From Tubulanus polymorphus (Eukaryota; Animalia; Nemertea): a DNA stretch of 64,000 bases. The stretch covers positions 15,693,653 through 15,757,652 of the forward strand of contig NC_134028.1 in the NCBI RefSeq assembly GCF_964204645.1, given 5' to 3'. This document shows positions 23,148 through 33,371 of this stretch, one piece after another. A program made the position numbers and the translations under genes. Every line of letters starts with the position of its first letter. Positions within the stretch are counted from its first letter, which is position 1. The notes under the pieces are model-generated. The model saw only the letters and a list, made by a program, of their open reading frames with translations, searched no databases and was not told the DNA's origin.

Positions 23148-24471
23148 TTACATAAAATTTAAAATATAATATTCCTCCGATTACAATTCCTATAAAAGTT
23201 AAAGCTAATTTAGCATTTTCATGGGATTTATTATCATCATTTAGTTTAATTATTTCATGTTGAATATTATCAGTTTTTATATTTTCTGATGTATTGTAAT
23301 CTTTAATTTTAGAATCATTATTTGATTTAATATTATTAGTTTCTGTTGATTGAATATTTTTTTTATTTTTTTCACCTTCCATTAATTTTGGAGCAGTAAT
23401 AATCTTTTTATTTATATCATTTAATCCAAATGAATTATTTATTGTTGCAGTTTTAATTAGATTATTATAACCAATTATTTTTCCCATCTTTAATACTAAA
23501 TCATTAGAAATAATTAATAGATTAGGGCCAATACAATAATTTAATCTAATATGTGATTTATCTAAATAATTTTGATATCTTACAATGTTTTCTGGAATCG
23601 ATCTATATTTATCATTATGAATTGAATCTTCAAATAAAACTTTAAATTGTTTTTGCGCATCGAATGAAGTGTTATCATTTCCAATTATTGGGGATCTTGT
23701 TTCAACTTGAGCACCTAAAATACAAATTAAATAAGTTCTAATAGATTGATTTATTCTTTGTATACCTGATTTTGTAAAACCTTCACTATTTTCTAAAATG
23801 AAATTAACCCAACCATTATTGTTTTGTTGTTGTATATTATTATAATATTTTGGTAATTCATTCCAATTTAGTGTTCTTATATCTGAATTTGTCATTATTT
23901 TTCCAAATTCTTTAGTATATAATATTCCTAATCCACCCATTGTTCCAATTTTTGCTCTAAAATCTTTATTTGAATTAATATTAAATTCATTACATATTTT
24001 ATAAAACTTAGAAAAATTAATATCATTATTCAATTCTTTAAAATATTTTGAACCTGGTAAAGGACATTCTAATTCATCTAATATTAATTTTATTTGAAAA
24101 TATGTATGAAATCTAAAAAGTGATAACATCAATGGTAAACTTGGTTTGTTTAAATGATCATTCCAACTAATTCCACAACCTGTTGTTGCGCAATAAACAG
24201 CAAAATTTAATTGGTTCTGCTAATACTTCATATTAGATTTTAATAACCATTGTTTTGCCTCATTTAAATTTTTGAAATTAATTGTATACACATGAAATAT
24301 ATTTTCCATCTTTACATGAAAATTATTACTTTCAGTAACATAAATATATAAATCAATTAATGAATTTAAAACTTCATTTCTATATGTAATATCTTTATTT
24401 AAATCTATTGCAGGAATATTATATTTAATTGATTCATTATATTGGAACGCTTTTGGAAAACTATCTGCCAT
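23125..24471 (-). pseudogene. Conserved Polinton protein with C-terminal TM anchor (premature TAG at 24220)
   Basis: Copy C reads through as YWQNQLNFAVYCATTGCGIS; ends LALTFIGIVIGGILYF. Confidence 0.65.
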
Positions 24472-24487
24472 TTATATAATTAAAAAA

Positions 24488-24922
24488 TTAATAATTAACT
24501 AATTCTTTTAATAATTTATCTTGTTCTTCAACTGTTATATGGCCATTTAAACTTATTATATAATCTAGTGTATTCTTTAATTTATTAATTTCTTTTATAT
24601 TAGTTTTAATTTTTTCTTTATTACTTTTTATATTTAATTTTGAACTTATACCGGTTAAAACACTTGAACTTAATCCTAGTACGCCAATTAATATAGCTAA
24701 AGGTGTTAATGGACTGAATATTGCTACAAATGTTATTACAGAACTAATTGTAACCGAACCACTTATAATCAAATAATATATAATTTTAGATTTTAAATAT
24801 TTTTTCTTTTTAACTTTTAAATCATTTTCAAATTCTAATATTTGTTTTTCTAAATATATTTTTAATTTAGTTTTATTTATATCATGAGGAATAATATCAA
24901 TATTATCAACTTTATCTTCCAT
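24488..24922 (-). CDS. Two-TM coiled-coil small protein
   Basis: Hydrophobic hairpin IIYYLIISG..LAILIGVLGL; copies at ~38327-38762 and from ~63960. Confidence 0.65.
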   Translation of the reverse strand: MEDKVDNIDIIPHDINKTKLKIYLEKQILEFENDLKVKKKKYLKSKIIYYLIISGSVTISSVITFVAIFSPLTPLAILIGVLGLSSSVLTGISSKLNIKSNKEKIKTNIKEINKLKNTLDYIISLNGHITVEEQDKLLKELVNY

Positions 24923-25158
24923 TTATTTAGAAAAAAAATCTGATCATATAATTCCTTGTTAATATAATCCATATAGTTTTGTCTTTTTTCTCTATATTCT
25001 TCTGCTGCTTTATTGTATTTTTCTAATGCTAAGTTATGTCTTTTTTGTTCTGTTAATGAACCATTTTTATCAATATGCTTAAATAAATAACCACCACCAG
25101 TAAATGCTAAAGCGTTAACAATTGCTGATCCTATAATAGTTATAATTGCAGAAGCCAT
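24877..25158 (-). pseudogene. Small hydrophobic protein (3' part deleted; intact 140-aa copy at 37885-38307)
   Basis: MASAIITIIGSAIVNALAFTGGGYLF. Confidence 0.65.
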
Positions 25159-25182
25159 TTATTTAGCAAAAAAATTATGCAT

Positions 25183-25401
25183 TTATATGGGAGGAATATA
25201 TTTTTGTTTTTCTAAATAATCAATAGTTAAATTAGATAAAGTAACTGCTAATGTTAATTTTAAAATATCATTTATATCAAATCTATCAACATTAACACTT
25301 CCCATTTTAAATACTTTTTTTAATACCATTGAATAACCAACAGTTCCAACTGATAATGCGCCATTATATAATCCAGTTATTATCCACTTATTATCACTCA
25401 T
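25183..25401 (-). CDS. 72-aa hydrophobic protein
   Basis: Conserved in copies C (37636) and D (63266); TAAATG start. Confidence 0.65.
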   Translation of the reverse strand: MSDNKWIITGLYNGALSVGTVGYSMVLKKVFKMGSVNVDRFDINDILKLTLAVTLSNLTIDYLEKQKYIPPI

Positions 25402-25757
25402 TTATTTATCAAAAAATTACTATCATCAAAATATTTAGTTATCTTAGTGATGATTAAATCAACATTTATTTCATTACTAGTTTCATTTGTATATATTTCA
25501 ATTATTATTTTTTTAATATCATCGATGATAAAATCTTCATCTAATTCATAAAATCTTAAAGATTCTCTAATTAAATTAGTAATCTTTTCTACATTTAAAG
25601 TTTCTTTATCTATTGTTGTTTCATACTCAAATGTTGTTTCATTAGAAAATGCAATATTTTTGATATGTGTAATTACATCATTAACGTTAAATTTCATTTC
25701 TTTCTCATGTTTAAAATCAAACCCAAAACATATACTCGGTCCAACAGTTATATCCAT
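25398..25757 (-). CDS. Unknown 119-aa protein
   Basis: Conserved N-terminus ITVGPSICFGFDFKH in B, C and D. Confidence 0.6.
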   Translation of the reverse strand: MDITVGPSICFGFDFKHEKEMKFNVNDVITHIKNIAFSNETTFEYETTIDKETLNVEKITNLIRESLRFYELDEDFIIDDIKKIIIEIYTNETSNEINVDLIITKITKYFDDSNFLINK

Positions 25758-25773
25758 TTATATAATGAAAAAA

Positions 25774-26531
25774 TTACTCTTTACATCTTATAACTAATTC
25801 ATAAATTACAGGAAAGTTATTCAAATCAATTAAGTATCCATTATGATCTTACTTCTAATCTAAAATTATTAAATTTAGGAATGCAAGGTTTAAAATCACA
25901 TTCTGTTAAATTATAATTTATTTGAGTTCCAAATTGTTTAACATTTTTTAGCGGTAAAATATTTAGTATACTAGAACTACAAATTGTTTCTTTAGTTGCT
26001 TCGAAAGTTTTTGTCGGCTCGATTAAATTGCAATAAATATAAAAGTGTGTAAAAGGTATTATATTTGAATTACCATCTATGTTTCCTGTAACAGTATCTG
26101 GTGCAATTCCTAGCAATTTAGCTAATGGTTTTTTTTACCATAAATGCATGTTGACTTTCATCATATACCTTTATTTTAATTTTATTTGTGCTATCACTTT
26201 TTATAAATCTAATTAAAAATTTATCATCTCTTCTAATTTTCAACCGTGCTCTTCGATTAATTTCTTGAGCTAATGTTTCTAAATTATATAATCCTGGTTT
26301 TAAAATTATATGAAACCATTTATCTACATTTCCAATATGAATTAAAAAAGTATTATCTTCAATAGTTTTATCCGTTATATTATAAAAAGAATTACATAAA
26401 CTTATATTAACTAATATTAAATCTACACAATTCTTAAATTCTCTATCTAATTGAACTAGTAAATTATGAGATTTATAATTAGTAAGTTTTCTTGAATCAA
26501 CAAATATTCTGTATTCTTTTAATTCCGCCAT
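25774..26531 (-). pseudogene. Putative minor capsid (penton, single jelly-roll) protein
   Basis: IFVDSR, KPGLYN, FYIYCNLI, and C-terminal FRLEVR..NGYLIDLNNFPVIYELVI pattern; ~250 aa. Confidence 0.7.
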
Positions 26532-26548
26532 TTATTTTACATATTTTC

Positions 26549-26902
26549 TTATTCGAAATCTATTTCATGATGCCCCTTTTCATTCTTACCTTTGCATACG
26601 AAATAGAAATCACCAGAACATAATTCTTCTAGATCTTCACTTGATAATCTATGAAATCTATCTGGTAAATATGTTCTGAATTTATATGTATTTCCTTTTA
26701 ATCCTTCATATTCTAAGTGTATAACTAATTTATCTCCATATTTGTTAGTAACTCTATCAATATTTGTAATTAGATATTTCTTATGGATTATTAATTCTTT
26801 TAACTTCTTAAATTTATAATCTACTGATTTGATATTTGAAGTATCTTTTATTCTATCTAGAAATAATTTGTTGTTCTCACTGTGTGTTTGTTTACTCTCG
26901 AT
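26549..26902 (-). pseudogene. 117-aa protein downstream of pPolB, absent from the ORF track (start mutated to ATC)
   Basis: Open frame ..FKKLKELIIHKKYLITNI..YGDKLVIHLE..RTYLPDRF..; homologues at 36147-36500 and 61782-62132 (ATG intact in D). Confidence 0.7.
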
Positions 26903-26932
26903 TTTAATAACGTATTTTTTATTAAAATTTGA

Positions 26933-29900
26933 TTAACACGTTAGAATTCTTTTCATTATCTCGTTCTCTTTTGTTTCTTCTCTTTTAAATTTTAAGTATT
27001 CATCTAAATTACAACCATAAGCAACTGTATGAAATCCATCATCTAAAATATATCTTTTATCATCAAATGGGTTTAGACTTATCTTTTCAATTTCTTCAAT
27101 AAACATTTCATGATCTTAAGATCTTAAACATCTCATTTTATGTTTTCTAACTTCTTCATTGAATATACAATTGATGTAATCTTTGAAATGAATATTCTTT
27201 TCGACTACACTTTTAGTTATTCCTTTTAACTTTTTAGCTTCATGTTCTTTAGTTTTATATGAATACATTTTGGATCTAATACCGATGAATTCAATCATTT
27301 CTTCACCACCTAATTCATCTTTGAATTTACCGGGAACTTTTTTATTATCATTGCTAAACAATTCATGATCTTTAGGATAATTACTAAAATCAAAATGATG
27401 TTTTAATGTTTTTAAATCATCAGTTATGTTATCAGTTTTTATCTTTAATATGTAAGAATCGGTATCAAAATATAATATTTCTATGTTTTTTCTCCAAAAA
27501 GTGGTTGTAATACATTATAATAGAATTCATACATTAGTAAATTTGATAATTCTAAAACTGATGCTCCAACATAGATTGGTTTATTAAATTTCATTGAATA
27601 TGTTCTTCTCATTTTAACTGCGGCTAAATTTTCATCAAATATTCTGTTACCAATGAACTTGTGATTGTAAATGTCTAATTCTTTTACCATTACTAACTAA
27701 CTCAATATCATTTCTATTTCTAATATTTTCACAAGTTTTTCCATAGAATGCAATATTCATTAACTTGAAGAAATCGTTTTCGAAATCAGTTTTAGCTTTA
27801 GTTCTCTGTTTGGTGTTATATATTTTTCTAACCACTTAGATTGACTAAATGAAATATATCTATGTACTTTTTTTAGAACCATTCCTTGTTTTAGATAAAA
27901 CTTTAACATTCTATAATGTACTACATAATTATATTTATCTTCCTGAGTTACCATAAACTTTTCTATTATGAATATGATTATCGGGTTTAATTCTTTTTTG
28001 ATAATTTGATAGTTCTTCATGAGTTACAGTTTTATGTTCGGGACAATAAGCTAGAATAACAATGACAAGGATCAATGTTAAAATATTTTAGGTTTACATC
28101 TCTAAACCTTTCGAATATATCAGTTAATAATAATACATCTGATTTTAGATATAAATCTACTAATTGTCCATGATTTTCTATTTTGAAATGATTCCAAATA
28201 TTCAATGTTCTATTATATACTTCATCTTTAACATATTCATTTTTTAATTCATCATAGAATTGTTCTTTTAATAATTCAGTTATATTAAAATCATTATGTG
28301 ATTTATAAAATGAAAATGGAATTGCGCCTTAATATCTCATTAATTGAAAATCATCATTATTTGGGTAGTGTTGTTTTAATATTTTTAATTCATCATCAAC
28401 TAATGATTTTGAAAAGTTATCTAATGAACTATTTAAAAATCTATATGAATCTATAAATCTTAAACACCCAAATTGGAATGATATATAATTCTCAGATGTT
28501 TTAACTAACATTCTAAATCTATAAGTTGGTATTTTATCTTTTGATCTATTTGAATTTAATCTTTCTATTTCATTATTAATTTCTTCTATTTTATAACATA
28601 ACTGTTTGATAAATAAATGTGCATCATATCCGGATAGATTATGAAATATAACTGGTACAAAATTAATTTTCTTAGCTTGTAAGTTACAATTCTTTCCATT
28701 CAAATGATCATGGTCTCTTACTTTTTTATCTCTAAAATTAAATATCTTTTCACAATATTAACATTTATCTGCAAACTCAAATGCTTCTTTATCTTCTTCT
28801 GTCATTATAATTTCTTTATTTGTATTCAATAATTTACTAAATCTTTATTTCATATTCAATTAATAAGTCACAAAAATGATTGATAACATTTTCATTTCTG
28901 TAATGATAATATTCACTTTTAATTAGTTCTGGATAATCAGATTTAGTATGTAACCCGAAAGCAGCAGCTGATTGATGAATCTTTTTAATAGTATTTGTTT
29001 TTGGCGGTTCTTCAGAATAATCATTTTCATTAGAATTTAATTTCTTTCTTTTATAATATATTTCTTTTCTATCTTGATCAGTTAGTTCCTTATTTAATGA
29101 TTCAAAATCTCCATATATAACAAATGGAACTTTATTTTTGTAATCATATTTTTTGAATTCTAATATTTTATCTTTTTCATTTGGTAAAACTAATTTACAA
29201 TAATCATGATTTTCACATAATTGTTTATGATTTAATAATGTACTTTCATTACTGAATCTATGTAAACATTTTCTACATAGATATATTTTATTATGGTGAT
29301 CACTTTCTGTTCTAAAGAATAAATCTATTTGTTTAATCCACATATAATGATTCTCATAATATAATATCTCAATAACATCGTTTGAATCATAATCTTTTGA
29401 TAGGTATAAAGGTTCTAATGTATAATGTTTTATGTTGTTACCTTTTGTATTTGGTAATTTGATTAAATCAAATACATTTATTCTTAAATTATTATCTCTT
29501 TCTATCTTTGGGATGTTTTTAATTATAACAGGATACTTATCTATCTTATAATTATTTTCAAATGGTTTATAATGAGTTAATCTACAAATATTATAAGTTG
29601 CAGGATGTAAACAACTAATTATTGCCCATAGAAAACATTTATCATCTTCATTTTGTACATTTATAACAGCATTAGTTCTAAATGGTAGTTTAATATAACT
29701 CGATGCTTCAATATCTGGTTCTTTATAATATGATACATTATTTTCATCAATTGGTTTTGATTTAGTTAACTTATTATATTTTGTGTTATAAACATGTAAA
29801 GTCATAAATATTATTTCATCAAATATTAAACCAGATCCTTCAAAATATTTCTCTTCTATTTTAGTTTTTACTTCATTATAACATTTATCTAATTTATCAT

Positions 29901-30555
29901 CTATATGTTGTTTATATATAATATGTTGTGAATGAGAATTTATATTATATATTGGTTTATCTTCAGATTTTATGAATTTAACTTTAGCGGATATACTAAT
30001 TTTAGGGTATTGAACATCAGTTATTATTTTTATTATTTCTTTCATATTTTCTAAATGTTTTTTATTTTCTTCTAATGTTTTTCTTTTATGAAATTTAAAC
30101 TCGATAGCTGCTGGACCAATATCACTTTTAAATGCTTCGGTTATCTCTATATCTTTTTTATTATCTAATGAATTAATATGATTTCTTACATCTTCCATGT
30201 ATGGTCTTTTATTGTTTAATTTATTTTTTATGCTTTTAATTGTCTTATGTTTCTTATCATTATCTTTATCAAAATAATCTTCACCTAAAATATCATTATT
30301 CTTATTTCTAATATGACTTTTAAATTTTAAATGTTCATTATAATATCTTTTATCACTGAATGGTTGATTACATGTATCACATTTATATATGTCTTTTTCA
30401 TTCTTTAATTCATCTAATTTAGTTTCTAATATATCATCTTTATATTCTAGTTTCAATTTATTCTCTAAATGTGTTTTAGTTTTATTGTGCCTTGCTTTTT
30501 GGGATTTATCTATATTGATATTACATGTTGGACAGTAGTACTTATTTGCTTCAAT
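26933..30555 (-). pseudogene. polB: Protein-primed PolB (copy B) with frameshifts and internal deletions
   Basis: Same motifs as copy A; the motif A region is deleted near 28055. Confidence 0.92.
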
Positions 30556-30789
30556 TTTAATACTAAAATTTTTATTAAAATTGATTTTAGAAGTTCAATG
30601 ATTTATATCATGTATTATTCACAATCACACTTTACTAACACTTTTAATGTTTAAAAATCTAACTCATACAAATATAAATATTGAAATAATGTTGTAAATA
30701 TATCTATATATCTATTCTATAAGAGCTCACACTTTTATATTGAATAATCTGTCAATTTAAACGTTATTCATTTACATGATTTTTTTAAG

Positions 30790-30875
30790 AGTAATAGGGA
30801 TAATAGGCTTTCAGGTTAAAGGTTGAAGGGTCGAGCTCGTCTGATCTGATCTGAAAGCCTATTATCCCTATTACT
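30790..30875. repeat. Right terminal hairpin of copy B (86 bp)
   Basis: AGTAATAGGGATAATAGGCTTTCAG ... CTGAAAGCCTATTATCCCTATTACT. Confidence 0.9.
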
Positions 30876-31136
30876 CCTAGGCCTAAATTGGAACCTCATT
30901 AATCAGTGAATTGCACTATACATCTTTTTATAATATATTATAACAATCGAAATCTTAAGTTCAAAAACCTGGAACAAAGTTCCCGTAATTATGAAAATCG
31001 CAATTAATATAGGGAAGTTACTTTATCAAATTCTGATGCTTGATAGAGTGTAAAACATATTTGTAGAGTGTAAGCGCATTTATTTTCCAACCTCCAATAA
31101 AAACCACAAGAATTATTATTATACACTACAATGACG

Positions 31137-32285
31137 TCACTGCATGCGCAATAGGCAATACAAACCGTTGTTTATTGAAATGCCCCGGTAGTTATCTGGG
31201 CAATTAGGATCCCCTTTTTTTTTAAAAAGTGGAATTATTGTTGATAGTCCCCAGTCGTGTGGGTAAATTCCTGAGTCCAAGATACGATTAAATAAGGTAG
31301 TGAGAACAGGTGATAAATTATTTGCAACTGATTTAAGGATTTCGTTGATTATCTCATCGGGTCCGGGTGACCTGTTATTTTTTAGTTTTTTGGTTGCATT
31401 TATAACCTCTTCTTCAGTTAGGTCTCTATTAAGGGCATCAAAATTCAACGTTGCAAAATCGAAATCGAAATGTCCCTCTGGGGGTTCAGTATTATCATAG
31501 TTGGGTTTTCTATTTAGTGTATGAAAATGGTTCACCAAGTCGTCAAAATTTGCTTCACATTGTGGTGCATTCGCCTTTTTGCCGAAAATTTTTAGAAACT
31601 TTTAGGATCAGACTTCTTTAACATTCTAATTTCGTGATTAGTTCCTGTCGTGCGCGCATTTCGTTCACGATTAACCGATTGTTTATAGTTAGTGTATGCG
31701 TTGTTCAGAATTTGTTTAGTTTGTTCATTTTTGATACTCTTAAAGTGCCTTTTGGCACGCCTATATGCCCGGCGCTTTTCTATGACATTACGTGAATGGT
31801 GACGTGAGGCTTTATCATTGTTATTGCGTTTACCTAGTAATCTTTCTCCCATTGTATCTAGAGCCGTTCGCTTTAACGTGTCAACGAGTGTTGTTACAAG
31901 TGTTAGGTTCCGCCTGGTTTAATAAATCTTGCTGGATAATATCAATGTCCGTACTATTATGGATTTTAATCATGTAATCAACTATTTTAGTTTTGTTCCA
32001 ATTAATCTTTCGTGATCAACAGGTTCTTCGTTGGTGTCATTTATTATTGTTGATTTGCTAGAAATTTTGATTTCGATAGGGCAATGAACATCTGAAAATA
32101 GTCGGTCGAAACACAACACTTTAAAATGCACGATTTTTTCAAATAGGGGATAACTCGCTATGCCGTGTAATCGACCACATGAAAATTATCTGACTTAACG
32201 CATGTGTGTTTGCCCACATTTTTATCTTCACCGAGACGACCATTACATATAAATATAGTGTGTGATTTACAAAATTCGACTAATT
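31137..32285 (-). mobile_element. Non-LTR retrotransposon (CR1/L2-group) ORF2 fragment, end of APE domain to start of RT
   Basis: ICNGRLGED and SDVHCPI; KLKNNRSPGPDEIINEILK..IIPLFKKKGD..DNYRGISI. Confidence 0.8.
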
Positions 32286-32287
32286 TG

Positions 32288-32566
32288 GGGTGTTACTAAA
32301 ACTATGCACTACTAAAACGAAGACCGAAGACGAATGCACTTTGCGAGACTAAACCTATGCATGACTAAAACGAAGACCGAAGACCTATGCACTCATTAGA
32401 AATCATAACTAGGGGCGCTATCTGTATATTCAACCACCTCTGTCGATGAGTATAGGCAATAGGGACCTACTCGATATAAACATACATAAGGAAACGTAAA
32501 ATGTTCGTTTATTTTTCTCTGGTGCATAGGTCTTCGTTTTAGTAGTACATAGTTTTAGTAACACCC
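32288..32566. mobile_element. MITE with ~38-bp TIRs and internal ACTAAAACGAAGACC repeats
   Basis: GGGTGTTACTAAAACTATGCACTACTAAAACGAAGACC ... GGTCTTCGTTTTAGTAGTACATAGTTTTAGTAACACCC; no TSD, unrelated flanks. Confidence 0.7.
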
Positions 32567-33330
32567 AAATATAATTTCACTTAATGATAAGCCAGAATTT
32601 TCAATATATCTTTCTTCAATATATCTTTTGAATTCATTAAATATTTTTTCTAATTTCTCTTTTATTTGTGTTTTTGAAATTATTTCTTCAGAGTGTGTTT
32701 GAATATTATAATCCATTTTTTCTTCTGATTTTACAAAACTCACTTTCCCAGAGATACTAATTTTTGGATATTCAACATCTGTAATAAAGTCCATTATTTT
32801 TTTCCATTATTTCAATAAATTTACTATTATCTTTTATTGTTGCTCCTTTAAAAAATCTAAATATAATAGCTGCAGGACCAATTTTACTACGTAATGTTTT
32901 TCAAATTTCAATTGTATCTTTTATTTCTAGAGAATCAATATACTTTCTAACATTTTCCATGTAAGGTTTATTTGAAATAGATTTAGTTTTTGAAACTGGT
33001 TTTTTTACTTGTTGAGGTTTATCTTCAAAATAATCTGTTCCTAAAACTTTTTTATTTAAATTTTGTTTGTGTTTTTGTGATTCGAGATGTATTTTAAAAT
33101 TTCCTTTTTTGCTATAAATTCGTTACAAACATTACATTTAATTTCATCTTTTTTTCATATTTTCTAATTGTTCTTTTCTTTCTTTGGAATTTTCTGGTGT
33201 CTCAAAATCTATAACATTTTTTGTATGATTTGCAGTTTTTTCATGATGCGATTTTTGAAATTTATCGATGAATTTTTTACAATGATATTGTCCATATTAT
33301 GGACAATAATATTGATTTTTATTGACATCA
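32567..33330 (-). pseudogene. 5' fragment of a divergent Polinton pPolB
   Basis: ITDVEYPKISISGKVSF..IEERYIENSGLSLSEIIF and IGPAAIIFRF, homologous to but distinct from copies A-D. Confidence 0.75.
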
Positions 33331-33371
33331 TTGTTTTCTGTCTGGTACTAACTGTCTCCCATTTAAACTAA

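Larger units (their letters stand above)
14493..30875. mobile_element. Polinton/Maverick copy B, near-complete (~16.4 kb), decayed
   Basis: AGT...ACT termini, inverted TIR cores (14813-15018 vs 30556-30789), integrase, ATPase, capsid-like genes, pPolB. Confidence 0.92.

Noticed and set aside
10658-30875. A single element with ~4-kb TIRs containing pPolB at both ends
   Set aside because: A complete terminus lies at 14493, the two pPolB copies have different lesions, and the flanks (TACCTC vs CCTAGG) are not a TSD.
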